Source: a virus (lineage: Duplodnaviria; Caudoviricetes). From it: a stretch of DNA of 38,091 nt. Positions within the stretch are counted from its first letter, which is position 1, and each line of letters opens with the position of its first letter. The notes beneath the pieces were generated by a model that was given only the letters and a program-made list of their open reading frames with translations, did not search any database and was not told where the DNA came from. The DNA lies in IMG/VR virus record IMGVR_UViG_3300032373_000050, positions 1 to 38,091 of that record. The stretch is one strand, 5' to 3'. Of the stretch, positions 17,463-27,374 are shown in pieces. Made by a program: the position numbers and the translations under genes.

Positions 17463-18419
17463 ATGGCACTCTACTCAGGCAGAAACGCATGGATCGGGCT
17501 CGGCGTCGAGTCCACCTACGGCACACCAGTCAGCCGCACCAACTATCTAAAGGTCGACAGCATCACCGCAGAGATCAACGTCGTCGCTCAAGATCGGGAC
17601 TATCTCTACCACGGGGTTGGCGGGGTCGCGCTTGACGATGCGGTCAGTTCCAAAGAGTTCGGCCTCACCATCGAGGGAGATCTCTCATACGATGGGCTCG
17701 GGATGCTGCTTCGCGCTTGCACCGGTGTGGCGACAGATGGCGCAGGCCCACCATACGCGCACAGCTACACGCTGGGCGATGCAGAGGCGTCCCTCACCAT
17801 TGAGGCCACCTACGGCGACGATGTGCAGGGCGGCACACCTCAGAGTGATGTCTTCGAGGGCTGCAAGGTTACTCGGCTGCGGATCTTCGCGACACAGGGA
17901 AGCCCGTATGTCAAGTATGAGGCGACCATCATCGCTGAAGACAAAGCCACCAGAGGCAACGCAGGCACCCCAACGTTCACCTCTCCGAACCCGGTCCTGA
18001 TGTCTCAAGGCTCCACACTCGCGTGGAACAGCCTGACGAAGTGCATGCGCTCCTTCGAGCTTACCTTAGACCGTGGGCTCACCCGCCGGAACTGCGTGGG
18101 CTCAGAACTCACCAAAGAGACATGGCGCGGCGCGCTCGCCAGTGTCGAGCTATCCGCCTCGATCGAGGTCGACGACAACGGGCTGGTCGATGGCTACCTT
18201 GCTCGCGCCGCTTCCGATGCTGTGATCACGTTTACGGGTCTGGGCAACGAGGCCGGGATCCTTGAGATCCACAACGCGAAGATCTCGGCTGACGCGATGC
18301 CTGTTTCAAGCCACGACATCAACCTGGAAGCAGTCACATTCAAGGGCTTCTCTGACGGTACAGACCTGGGCCTGCTTGTCCAGCTGACCAACGACACAGC
18401 CAGCGGGACGGCCAACTAA
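17463..18419 (+). CDS. Major tail tube protein
   Basis: IGLGVESTYGT, SLTIEA, FEGCKVTRL; AAGGAG SD; precedes the chaperone and tape measure. Confidence 0.85.
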   Translation: MALYSGRNAWIGLGVESTYGTPVSRTNYLKVDSITAEINVVAQDRDYLYHGVGGVALDDAVSSKEFGLTIEGDLSYDGLGMLLRACTGVATDGAGPPYAHSYTLGDAEASLTIEATYGDDVQGGTPQSDVFEGCKVTRLRIFATQGSPYVKYEATIIAEDKATRGNAGTPTFTSPNPVLMSQGSTLAWNSLTKCMRSFELTLDRGLTRRNCVGSELTKETWRGALASVELSASIEVDDNGLVDGYLARAASDAVITFTGLGNEAGILEIHNAKISADAMPVSSHDINLEAVTFKGFSDGTDLGLLVQLTNDTASGTAN

Positions 18420-18946
18420 TGGATCTGGATCTCACAGCACTTGAATTCTATGAAGAGGTACCCGGCAAGCTGGGCCCTCACGATGTCCTGTGGCGGGTGT
18501 CCCCGCTGCAGCCTCACCAGATCGATGACATGGCGACCACGCTGCAGATCGCAGCCGGGATCCTGACCGATCATCTTGGCGACGAGCCCCCGAAGCCTCA
18601 CGAAGCTGAGCGCATGCACCAGATGTATGCAAAACTCTCGTGCGCTGCGGTGACTGGCATGCGTGCTGCTGACTCCACCGAGTGGCAGCGGGTGTCCCTC
18701 GTGCCCACAGAGGCGCAGCACAAGCCCAAGAACGGGCGGATCTGGGTAGGCTTCCTCAACTCGATCACCCGAGGCAAGATCTTTGCCGCAGCGAGCAAGA
18801 AGAGCTTTCTGGAGGCCGCGTCTCTAATGCGTGGCCGGTTTCCATCCCCGGACGATCCAGCGCCTGAACCGGATGGCGGGCAGGTACAGGATGCCCCCGT
18901 ACCAGATACCGGGAGTGATACCGACGAGGATGAGCCCAGCGGCTAA
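18419..18946 (+). CDS. Tail assembly chaperone
   Basis: Between tail tube and tape measure; acidic low-complexity tail. Confidence 0.7.
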   Translation: MDLDLTALEFYEEVPGKLGPHDVLWRVSPLQPHQIDDMATTLQIAAGILTDHLGDEPPKPHEAERMHQMYAKLSCAAVTGMRAADSTEWQRVSLVPTEAQHKPKNGRIWVGFLNSITRGKIFAAASKKSFLEAASLMRGRFPSPDDPAPEPDGGQVQDAPVPDTGSDTDEDEPSG

Positions 18947-19076
18947 GCAGTGGGCTGAGCTTGCTATACTTGAGGCGTGCTACGAGGCGGACGTGATGCA
19001 GAGGAACGACGACATGCAGTTCGCAAACAGCCGCCCCGGAGGCGTGCAATTCGTCTTCCCGCTTGGGGGTGACTGA
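18840..19076 (+). CDS. Tail assembly chaperone C-terminal extension, probably frameshift-accessed
   Basis: +1 frame is open 18828-19076 with no clear SD; LNRMAGRYRMPPYQI; TGATG coupling to the tape measure. Confidence 0.55.
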   Translation, partial: FHPRTIQRLNRMAGRYRMPPYQIPGVIPTRMSPAAKQWAELAILEACYEADVMQRNDDMQFANSRPGGVQFVFPLGGD

Positions 19077-21298
19077 TGCCTACACAGGACGTGATCGCCT
19101 ACCTGATCGATCTGAAGGGTGCCCAGCAGGCAGCCGCAGATCTGGACAGCACGTCAAAAGCTGCCGCAGAGGCCGATGCCAACCTTGAGGGGGCCACTAA
19201 GGCAGCGGAGGAGGCAGCGGCCGCATTCGCTAAGACCGCCAAAGAGTCACGCGCAGCTGCGCGGGCAGCCAGCGCGCAAGCCAAGGCGCTGGCAGAGGCA
19301 GCAAGACAGGCGAGGGGCTTGTCTGAGACTGAGGAGGCAGCAGTAAAAGAGGCTGCACGGCTGGCCGCTGCTCTCGACAAGGTCACTGCAGCAGCCAAGG
19401 CTACAGCAGACGCAGAGAAGGTGGCGTCTAAAGAGGCTGCGCGCCTCGCTAAAGAGCTGGACAAGGCGAGCGCTGCAGCCGCAAAGGCCGATACTCACAA
19501 TAAAAGAGTAGGGGGCTCAGCCGGCTCAGCAGCCAAGAAGCTCGACAAATTCACCGACAGCGCGGGAGACGTGGATTCGATCCTGATCGGGCTGGCTGGC
19601 ACGGTCGGCCTCGTGAATAAAGATCTGGGGGCCATGCTCACCAACGTCGCAGATGTCACAGGCGGAACAGAAGCGGCAGGCAGGGCAACAAAGCTCTTTG
19701 GCGGAACACTGGCAACACTGGCGTCTGCGCTCGCAGTCGTGGCTATCGCAGCCGCAGCCGCAGCCACCTTGTATTCAGTCCTCGCCAACGAGGCAGAGAA
19801 GGCAGCGGAGGCCGGCGGGCGGGTAGAGGCGCGAGTCAAAGAGACCAGCGATCGGCTCGAAAAGTCCAGAGGTGGGATCAGGGAAACTTCTAGTGAGTGG
19901 TCCAAATTTGGGAGCGAGCAGGAGAAGATCGCAGACCGCATAAATCTCGTCACAGGCAAGGTCACCGAGCAAGAGCTTGCCATCAGGGACCAGACGCGCG
20001 CAGTCAAAGAGTCGGCCCGCTCAGGGATAGCCGCAGCAGGCCAGCAAGCAGCAGCAGCGTCGGCGGCTGTGGAGGCGCAGAAAGCGCTGATAGAACAAGG
20101 CTCTATCTTTGTCTCGAAGCGCAAAGAGATGGAGGCCCAACTCGTCAGCTTGCAGGCGGAAGAGGCCAAATCGCTCGCCCTACTTAAAGAGCGGAGAAAG
20201 GAGCTTGATGACACCGTTGGTACGATCGAGGGCCTTGTCACCGCTGAGGGTGCAATATCCGCTGCGCAAGACAAGGCGGCGGAATCGTCCAAGAAGGCGG
20301 CAGCAGCCCAGCGAGAACTGAACACAGCGCGCGAAGGGCAGACGGAGGAAGAGTTTGCCGCAGACGTGGGCGCACTCATCGACAAGCAGAGCGCGAGAGA
20401 GTCGGTCGTGCTGGAGAAGGAGGCCCAAGCGAAGTGGGAAGCGCTCGACGAGAGGCTTGAGGCGGCAGCGGTCGCCACAGAGAAGAACACAGTCACGACG
20501 CTCGCCAACACTCAGGCCGTGATGGAGGCTCGACAAGCAGCAGCAGCCACCGCACTGGGCGCAGGCTCCTCCCTCATCACGGGCAACCTCGGAGCGGTCG
20601 TTGAGCTTGTGCCCGGCGGATCGTTCATCTCTGCACTGGCTGTGCTCGGTGACAAAGGGGCCGATGCTGTGGCCGAGGAGATCCAAACATTCGCAGACAA
20701 TGTGCTCGCCGGACTAGATCAGCTGCCGATCGTGCTCAGCCAAGTCCTACCAAAGCTCATCTCAGAGACGTCGCCAAGCCTTGCAGATGCGCTCTCCAAA
20801 GAACTCCCGGAAGCGATCGTAGAGTCCCTGCCTGCGATCCTGGAGGCGCTGAAAGAGGCGAATCTCGACATCATCAAGGCTGTCGTCATTGACCTGCCCG
20901 TAGCCCTGATCAAGGCGATAGCCATCGGGCTTAAAGATCTGTTTGAGCGGCTGTTCGAGGCGATCAAAGGGCTGGTGTCCTTCGGGGCCAACGCCGATGA
21001 CGGGAGCAGTAGCACAGCAGGACGAGCAGCGCGCATCCTCGCAGCTACAGCAACCTTCGGCACCTCTGAGCTTGTACGCGGCGCGGTGAGTAGTCGGTCG
21101 GACTCATCCTCACAGGGCGCGCGCGGGATAGGGGGAACTTCAGCGAGCGGCTCTATCGGCAGATCTGGCGGTGTCACCATCATCAACAACGGGCCGCTCA
21201 TGGGTCCCTCTTCTCTGCGAGACTACACCCGCACCCTAGAGCCCGCCGTTGGTCGGTTCGGATCTTTCGCCTCCCCTCTCTTCCCTACTTCAGGCTGA
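19076..21298 (+). CDS. Tape measure protein
   Basis: 740 aa, Ala-rich helical repeats (KEAARLA..LDK twice), hydrophobic segments; position. Confidence 0.9.
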   Translation: MPTQDVIAYLIDLKGAQQAAADLDSTSKAAAEADANLEGATKAAEEAAAAFAKTAKESRAAARAASAQAKALAEAARQARGLSETEEAAVKEAARLAAALDKVTAAAKATADAEKVASKEAARLAKELDKASAAAAKADTHNKRVGGSAGSAAKKLDKFTDSAGDVDSILIGLAGTVGLVNKDLGAMLTNVADVTGGTEAAGRATKLFGGTLATLASALAVVAIAAAAAATLYSVLANEAEKAAEAGGRVEARVKETSDRLEKSRGGIRETSSEWSKFGSEQEKIADRINLVTGKVTEQELAIRDQTRAVKESARSGIAAAGQQAAAASAAVEAQKALIEQGSIFVSKRKEMEAQLVSLQAEEAKSLALLKERRKELDDTVGTIEGLVTAEGAISAAQDKAAESSKKAAAAQRELNTAREGQTEEEFAADVGALIDKQSARESVVLEKEAQAKWEALDERLEAAAVATEKNTVTTLANTQAVMEARQAAAATALGAGSSLITGNLGAVVELVPGGSFISALAVLGDKGADAVAEEIQTFADNVLAGLDQLPIVLSQVLPKLISETSPSLADALSKELPEAIVESLPAILEALKEANLDIIKAVVIDLPVALIKAIAIGLKDLFERLFEAIKGLVSFGANADDGSSSTAGRAARILAATATFGTSELVRGAVSSRSDSSSQGARGIGGTSASGSIGRSGGVTIINNGPLMGPSSLRDYTRTLEPAVGRFGSFASPLFPTSG

Positions 21299-21301
21299 TA
21301 C

Positions 21302-22108
21302 ATGCCGAACGCATCGATCTACTGGCAGCCCGCCGACGTGGGGACCGTCCGAGAGCTTGATCTCGGTGAACCGCTCACGAGCCTGACCACTCCGCGCGCC
21401 AGCATCTCCTCGTCTTCACAGGCGCTGCACAACAGCTACCAGAGCCAGCAGTATGGCTTCTACGACACCGTGCGCGTGACCCTTGAGCTATTCAATGATG
21501 TCTCCGTGTTTAGGAAGTTGGTATCCCTTGAGTCCCACTTGAGGGCGGGTCTTGCGATAGGATTAGCTGCGGATAATACAAACACAGTGGCAGGGTTCAT
21601 CAGGGCGGACTCAGCGATCGCGCGCGGCGATAAGACATTCCAGACCACAGGAACCCTGTTTGATTACACTGGCACAAGCACACTTGCTAACGGCGATATC
21701 ATCGTCATAGAGAGCCCATCCCCTAACGGCTGGCGCGAGTACAAGACAGTAGACGCTCTCACATCGACCACAATCACAGCCACGACCGGCGCGGTGTTCT
21801 CGCACGATGCGGGCATAGTGATGTTTAGGCAAGAACAGTTTTTCCCTGTGCTGCGTCTCGACATGGACAGGCACAACACAGAGCCCATCCTCACCAGCCT
21901 CAACGGCACGAGGCGGCTCTGGACTTTGGATATGACACTGAGGGTAGACATCGGCGCAGCACAGGCCGCGTACTCAGAAGACGGGCAGATCTTGTCCACG
22001 CTGACACAGATAGGTGAGAGCATAGACTCGATAGACATCAACGTCCAGACGGTCAGCACAGGCCGGCGCTCGGGTTGGGACGGCTCGGGCAAGTGGGGTG
22101 GCTCATGA
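21302..22108 (+). CDS. Distal tail / minor tail protein
   Basis: Directly follows the tape measure; beta-rich. Confidence 0.65.
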   Translation: MPNASIYWQPADVGTVRELDLGEPLTSLTTPRASISSSSQALHNSYQSQQYGFYDTVRVTLELFNDVSVFRKLVSLESHLRAGLAIGLAADNTNTVAGFIRADSAIARGDKTFQTTGTLFDYTGTSTLANGDIIVIESPSPNGWREYKTVDALTSTTITATTGAVFSHDAGIVMFRQEQFFPVLRLDMDRHNTEPILTSLNGTRRLWTLDMTLRVDIGAAQAAYSEDGQILSTLTQIGESIDSIDINVQTVSTGRRSGWDGSGKWGGS

Positions 22109-23604
22109 CCTGGAGCACCGACTTTCTTGCTCGCCTGAAGAACAACAGGCACGGGCTAATGTTCCGCTTCGTCGTCTTTGACTACACCTGGGCGGAGCTG
22201 TTCGCGGCGTCTTCCTCGCCTTCCGTCACGGGCGACACTTGGCAGATCACAGGACCTCCAGACATCGCGGCGCACAGCATCTCTGTGCCCGCCTGGAGCT
22301 ACAGCCCGCACACATTCAGCATCGGGATCCACGGCACCGAGGCGGCACGTACACTCGCCGGCGCAGCTGCGCGCGGGATGATCTGCAGGGTGTATGCGGG
22401 GTACTCGGACTGGAGCACCGTGAAGTGGCAGCCGATCGTATCGGGCTACGTGCGCCGGCTCGCGTATGGGGCTGACGGCGGGGTCGTGGAAGCGTGGGGC
22501 CTTCTCGCTGGGCTACACAGCCGAGTGAATCAGGCGTCGTCAGGGCGCAGGCTCTTCGAAACAGCAGGCAACAGCACCACACTCACAGCCGACTACACAG
22601 TGGGCGACAGCACGATCAGCGTGACGACCATCTCAGTCTTCGAGCGCCCCACAGGGCAGGCGGGCTTCGTGACGCTGGGCGGCTTCGTCCTCAGCTACAC
22701 GGGCACCAGCGGATCAGATCTGACCGGTGTGAGCGCTGCGGGCGATGTCGGGACCACGGCTGCTGATGTCACCAGCGGCGAGGTGATCGGCAACGTCGCA
22801 CGCATCAAAGCCACACCCGGCAACATCGTCACCGCGTTGCTCACCTCTCGCGTCGGCGGGCTCGGCTCGCTCGACATCATGCCAGAGACGTGGTCATGGG
22901 CTCTGGACCAGCGGCTGGTAGACAATTCCAACATCGCGCAGATCCAAGGCCGGTATCTGAGCACCACAGTCAGCACGCATCAATGGACGCTCTGGAGCTT
23001 GCTCCCTGTAGACAGCGGGATCACATGGCTCCAGAACATAGCTAATACAGCTGGTGTCTTCGTGGTGCAGAGGCAGGGCACCCTGACTATGCGGACCGCG
23101 CGCAAGCAGCCCACAGGGGCGACAGTGACGGGCACGATCACTGATGCCGACATTGTGAGCATTGGCTCCTGGGAGCTGTGGGATCCAGCGGCTGAGGCTG
23201 AGTATCGTCGGCTCTCGGTGGTTACCACATCAGGGAGCACAGGCTTCACTGCGTCGAGCATCGTGACAAGGCCGGCAGCTGAGGTCGATACCAGAGATAT
23301 GACCGATTGGATCACCAGCAACGAGAGCGCAGCGCGCACCACCATATCCAATAATATGGGTCACTGGTCCACCACCGTCGGCACCGTTGTATCACTGATC
23401 TTGCAGGGCATGGAGTGGACGGAATTTGTCCCCGGTGATCTGTTGAGTGTGACATCAGACGCCCTATGGACACCAGACACAGCCAGCATCAGCGGGGCAA
23501 GCTCGACCAAGACACTCAGCGAGCGCCGCGCACTCGTCACCAGCTCGCGCCCGCTCTGGGCAGAGGGCACCACAGAAATAACCCTACTCATCCCACCGAG
23601 GTGA
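22105..23604 (+). CDS. Tail tip / baseplate hub-like protein
   Basis: ~499 aa, Thr/Ser-rich; start ATG 22105; TTLTADYTVGDSTISV; FVPGDLLSV. Confidence 0.65.
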   Translation: MTWSTDFLARLKNNRHGLMFRFVVFDYTWAELFAASSSPSVTGDTWQITGPPDIAAHSISVPAWSYSPHTFSIGIHGTEAARTLAGAAARGMICRVYAGYSDWSTVKWQPIVSGYVRRLAYGADGGVVEAWGLLAGLHSRVNQASSGRRLFETAGNSTTLTADYTVGDSTISVTTISVFERPTGQAGFVTLGGFVLSYTGTSGSDLTGVSAAGDVGTTAADVTSGEVIGNVARIKATPGNIVTALLTSRVGGLGSLDIMPETWSWALDQRLVDNSNIAQIQGRYLSTTVSTHQWTLWSLLPVDSGITWLQNIANTAGVFVVQRQGTLTMRTARKQPTGATVTGTITDADIVSIGSWELWDPAAEAEYRRLSVVTTSGSTGFTASSIVTRPAAEVDTRDMTDWITSNESAARTTISNNMGHWSTTVGTVVSLILQGMEWTEFVPGDLLSVTSDALWTPDTASISGASSTKTLSERRALVTSSRPLWAEGTTEITLLIPPR

Positions 23605-23608
23605 ACTT

Positions 23609-23983
23609 ATGGCATCAATCAGAGAAATCCCGCTCGACTTCACCGGAACCTCTGGCGACGTCACCCTCGACATGCCCAGCCGGGGCGACTGGGAACTGGT
23701 CGGGGTGCGGTGCAACATCGCAGCAGGCACGGTCGCGAGTGCAGTGCTCCGCCTGGGCACCGCGTCCAGCTTCACCAACGGCTCCAAAGAACAGTTCTAC
23801 GAGTCCAACACAATCAGCATGGCTGCACTGCCGGTCAACAACGACGACGGCCGCGCAGTTACCGGCACCATCTTCACCCCAGACAGCAGCAGCAAAATCT
23901 ACGCACGCCTGACGCCGCTCACCACAGATACGGTTGAATCCTTCGTATCTGTCTATGCTGTGCCCTTTCGCGGCGAGAGGTGA
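23609..23983 (+). CDS. Tail-associated virion protein
   Basis: 124-aa beta-rich protein, GAGGT SD. Confidence 0.55.
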   Translation: MASIREIPLDFTGTSGDVTLDMPSRGDWELVGVRCNIAAGTVASAVLRLGTASSFTNGSKEQFYESNTISMAALPVNNDDGRAVTGTIFTPDSSSKIYARLTPLTTDTVESFVSVYAVPFRGER

Positions 23984-23987
23984 GTTT

Positions 23988-24692
23988 ATGGCGGTACAGC
24001 CCAACGATCCATTCCCAGCCGCTACGACTGCTGAGACTTGGACCTACCACAGCCCGATCGGTGCACCCAAACTCGATCCGGGTAGCATAGAGAACAACGC
24101 GCCGGTAGCTGCGGGTAACAATTTCTACCTCATCGACATCGACGCGCAGGTAGCCAAAGAAGCCCCCGCAGACATGCTCGCCTACCAGTTCGAGCTTGCT
24201 GGCGTGACGATGGATCAGGCGGCTACGATCACGATCATCGTCTGGACCCTTGAGGAGTCCGAGGTCAACCTCACGTTGGGTGCATACATCTGCGATGCGA
24301 CCAGCTCGATAGGCACCAGTAACGGCAACTGGTTCGCGCTGAGCCGAGAGACATCGGGCGTCGGTGGAAATGTCGACGGCATCTCTCGCTTGATGAACCA
24401 GAGCCGGCCCACTGTGTCTCCCGAGCCCATCCAGTACGCTGCGATCGTGCTGACCTACCACCTCAACCCGGTGACCACTGGTGGCTGGGATTCGATCTTT
24501 GGCTGCAGCAGCACAGGTGTGATCGACCCCACCGCCCACCAAGACAACCACGGCCAGCTCACAGAGGTGCTCTCTCCCGGCACCACAGGCGCACCCAAGA
24601 TGGGCTTTCTTATCGGCTGTCGTGGGGGTGGGTCTGCATCAGCCACAGCCAAGATCCGTGTAGCTACATCTGTATCCGTCTTCCCTTCATAG
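23988..24692 (+). CDS. Tail-associated protein, possible receptor binding
   Basis: Start ATG 23988 after GAGGT; beta-rich. Confidence 0.55.
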   Translation: MAVQPNDPFPAATTAETWTYHSPIGAPKLDPGSIENNAPVAAGNNFYLIDIDAQVAKEAPADMLAYQFELAGVTMDQAATITIIVWTLEESEVNLTLGAYICDATSSIGTSNGNWFALSRETSGVGGNVDGISRLMNQSRPTVSPEPIQYAAIVLTYHLNPVTTGGWDSIFGCSSTGVIDPTAHQDNHGQLTEVLSPGTTGAPKMGFLIGCRGGGSASATAKIRVATSVSVFPS

Positions 24693-24699
24693 GTGACCT

Positions 24700-25512
24700 A
24701 TGCCAAAGCAACCCTCCCCATCACCGGGCACCAGCACGCTCACCACCATCGCAGACAACGCATCATCCCTAGGCCAACATCTCCTCGCTATGCGTGCGGG
24801 GATGATCCCCGGCTGGCGTCTTGTGCTGGTCCCCGCCTTCGGAGACAACATCGTCACCGGGTCCTTGAACAGCGTGGCTGGCGACATCGGGATCACGCTC
24901 AGCTATCCGGTCGGTGATGTGGCTGTCTCTGTGGCAAGCACAAGCGCTGACGACACCCTGCTTGGCGCAGGCATGAGGACGATCTTCGCAGACACCCTAG
25001 ACTCCTCATACCAGCCCGGTACTGAGATCGTGAACATGAGCGGGCAGACCCCCGCCAACTTTGTGACCCCACTGCACAGGATCCAGGCGTTTCGCTGCAT
25101 CGCTCACGGCGGTGATCCATCAGACATGAATATGGGTCAGGTAGCCGTAGGGGCAACATCCGACACATGGACCAACGGCGCACCAGCGAACCCCTATTCC
25201 ATCATGCCGGCGGGGCACTCCATCTCGCAGTCTGGGATCTTCACCATCCCAGCAGGTGAGGAAGGCTATCTAGTGTCTGGCGCGTTCTTTGGTGAGGCGG
25301 CCAAGCCCGCTCTAGGCTCCGTCGAGTTCCGACCTGCGGGCCTCTGCTGGTTCCAAGGCATCCCCATTATCATCACCGATGGGCAGAGCGCGATCCCCAC
25401 CGACGCAGGCGAGGCTATCCCAGCAGGCTCAGACATCCGCGTTAGGGCAGTGGCAACCAGTCAGACGGTGACGACAACTGTGTTCTATGGGATCGCGCTC
25501 AGGACCCTTTAG
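24700..25512 (+). CDS. Virion-associated beta-sandwich protein
   Basis: STSADDTLLGAGMRTI...LDSSY...EIVNMSGQT resembles a motif common in environmental phage tail regions (from memory). Confidence 0.6.
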   Translation: MPKQPSPSPGTSTLTTIADNASSLGQHLLAMRAGMIPGWRLVLVPAFGDNIVTGSLNSVAGDIGITLSYPVGDVAVSVASTSADDTLLGAGMRTIFADTLDSSYQPGTEIVNMSGQTPANFVTPLHRIQAFRCIAHGGDPSDMNMGQVAVGATSDTWTNGAPANPYSIMPAGHSISQSGIFTIPAGEEGYLVSGAFFGEAAKPALGSVEFRPAGLCWFQGIPIIITDGQSAIPTDAGEAIPAGSDIRVRAVATSQTVTTTVFYGIALRTL

Positions 25513-25712
25513 AACAAGCTCTGCTGCCTCTCACACTCAGGATCAGGAAGCCCAGCAGCTGACCTGCACACGGGACAGGTGACCCGCTCAGGATCCAGAT
25601 CTACAGTGACCACGATCGGGGCTACCTGCTCCTGTGCCGCGCTCTCACACCAGAAGAAGACCGGCGGCCCTGTCATATAGTGGGTGAGCCCATCGCCGGG
25701 ATCCACACTCAA
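25509..25712 (-). CDS. Small zinc-finger-like protein ending in QQSLF
   Basis: THY...WC...VTCPVC; likely TTG start at 25712, start uncertain. Confidence 0.5.
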   Translation of the reverse strand: MSVDPGDGLTHYMTGPPVFFWCESAAQEQVAPIVVTVDLDPERVTCPVCRSAAGLPDPECERQQSLF

Positions 25713-25755
25713 AACAAGGCCTGCTTTGTCATCAGCCAAGTCGGCAGCGGTGTGC

Positions 25756-26409
25756 TCACATCCTCTTTGTACACCCTGCCCTCCAGTCGAGCGGGATCGA
25801 GACAGCGCGACCCATATGGGGCTTCTTCCGCCGCCACACACCCACGACATACTCACAAGCATCTGTCTTGCCTTTGCACTCCTCGCCGGGACGCTTGAAT
25901 GGCGGGCGAGGGGTCAACTCATAACGCACAGAGACAGGGCGATCATGCACAGCCCACTGCACCCGCTTGGCTGACGTGGTGAGCAGCCCGACCCGCACGA
26001 GCATGATGACGGTGGGCGCGATGGTCAGCGCGTGCTCTACGTGCTCGTGAGCAATACAGGTGCGCCCACCCATCTCAGAATAGGGCGGGTTCCCGATCAC
26101 GATGTCAGCATCGAAATGCAGGTGCAGTGCGTTGGCTTTCTCCAGGCTGACACCGTGCTCCTCAGCCCAAGGGATCAGCGAGTCATGCAGCACGAGATCG
26201 CTGGCGTGGATCTGAGGGCGCTCCCAGCCAAGCTCATCATAGACGATGATCAGGGCCTTGAGGAACGAGCCTTCTCCGCAATGTAGTTCCGCTATACGCA
26301 TACCGGGCCATAGTTCCCGGTCCGCTGCCAGCGCCCGCACGATAGCAAGGGCCACCTTTGGGTGTGTCTGCCAGTCTGAGGCGTACCCTTCTGGGTGTGA
26401 TTTAGTCAT
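25756..26409 (-). CDS. DNA amino-methyltransferase, probably N6-adenine
   Basis: WQTHP, SAM-binding ELHCGEGSF, catalytic IVIGNPPY. Confidence 0.9.
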   Translation of the reverse strand: MTKSHPEGYASDWQTHPKVALAIVRALAADRELWPGMRIAELHCGEGSFLKALIIVYDELGWERPQIHASDLVLHDSLIPWAEEHGVSLEKANALHLHFDADIVIGNPPYSEMGGRTCIAHEHVEHALTIAPTVIMLVRVGLLTTSAKRVQWAVHDRPVSVRYELTPRPPFKRPGEECKGKTDACEYVVGVWRRKKPHMGRAVSIPLDWRAGCTKRM

Positions 26410-26546
26410 CTTCTATTTCCTCCCCATGTGTTTCCGTCGGCCCGTGCCAGATCAGCGTTGACCTGCTTGAGCCGCTTGATCTCTTTGCGCTGCTGGGCCG
26501 TCTCGATGCGCAGTTGCTCAAGCTCTCGCTGCTCAGCCGGAGTCAT
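26406..26546 (-). CDS. Small coiled-coil protein
   Basis: MTPAEQRELEQLRIETAQQRKEIKRLK; ATGA-coupled on both sides. Confidence 0.6.
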   Translation of the reverse strand: MTPAEQRELEQLRIETAQQRKEIKRLKQVNADLARADGNTWGGNRR

Positions 26547-26776
26547 CGCTTCACCTGCTCTTCTTCCGCCCGCATCTCCTGCCAGCGGGTCAAGGCTACG
26601 ATCGCCTCGTCGATGTCCTTGGGTGCATCCTTGGCGCCTCGCCCGCCAGCGCACAAGATCTTCTTTACAGCGTGCTGGAGACAGGGATCGCTGACCTCGA
26701 AGAGCTGGAGGACCCGATAGATGTCCACCGACTCATAGGGGCAGAGCTTGAAGTAGTGGCTGAATTCCCTCTTCAT
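26543..26776 (-). CDS. DUF3310-like (T7 gp1.7 nucleotide kinase-related) protein
   Basis: SHY...QHAVKKILCAGGRGAKD..KDIDEA pattern; GGAGGT SD. Confidence 0.6.
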   Translation of the reverse strand: MKREFSHYFKLCPYESVDIYRVLQLFEVSDPCLQHAVKKILCAGGRGAKDAPKDIDEAIVALTRWQEMRAEEEQVKR

Positions 26777-27138
26777 CGCTCACCTCCGTCTCTGGCCTGC
26801 TCTGTGTGGATCACCCGCGACGCCTCTTCGCTCGCGCTGTCCACGATGCGACCGAGCTTCTCTTTCGCGGTCAGCTGACGACGAGTCCGCTTAGGTGCCC
26901 CATGCGTGACCTTGCAGGGTCCGACCAAACGGATCTTGGCAAGCGCTGCATTCAAGATCTCCTGCCTGCTTGGGCCTCGCTCTTTGATGAGCTTGTCTTG
27001 GTAGTCCCAGCCGTCTTCCCACGCTGCTTGGGACTCTGGATCTGTCGTGTGTGGGTGTCGGTGTCGAGGGCAGCCCATGCGCCGAGCCCGCGCCCCGTTG
27101 CCGTACCTGACCGAGTATTGCCGCCGTGTAAGGCTCAT
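26773..27138 (-). CDS. Protein with Rmf/CrpP-like N-terminal domain
   Basis: YGNGARARRMG...HPH...AAWEDGW; start ATG 27138. Confidence 0.6.
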   Translation of the reverse strand: MSLTRRQYSVRYGNGARARRMGCPRHRHPHTTDPESQAAWEDGWDYQDKLIKERGPSRQEILNAALAKIRLVGPCKVTHGAPKRTRRQLTAKEKLGRIVDSASEEASRVIHTEQARDGGER

Positions 27139-27374
27139 GCTGTCTCCCCTGCTCTCTTGAGGTTGGCTTTCCGGTCTCGCTCGCCTGTGTTGGCTGTACG
27201 CTTGTTGTCGGCCTTGGCTTGCTTGCGCCCAGCCTCGCGCCCCTTCTCGTAGACTTCTTCGACGATGGAGAACACCTCCTGCTCCAGCTGGTAGAAGTCC
27301 GCCGCTTCGATACCACCCGACACGTTCACGATGTCGAGGATCTTGCTTGTGGTGTCTCGCAGATCTGCACTCAT
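27135..27374 (-). CDS. Hypothetical protein
   Basis: 79 aa, GAGGAG SD, ATGA-coupled. Confidence 0.65.
   Translation of the reverse strand: MSADLRDTTSKILDIVNVSGGIEAADFYQLEQEVFSIVEEVYEKGREAGRKQAKADNKRTANTGERDRKANLKRAGETA

Noticed and set aside
26406-26546. IS3-family transposase OrfA fragment
   Set aside because: Only a generic coiled-coil resemblance; no HTH, DDE ORF or terminal inverted repeats
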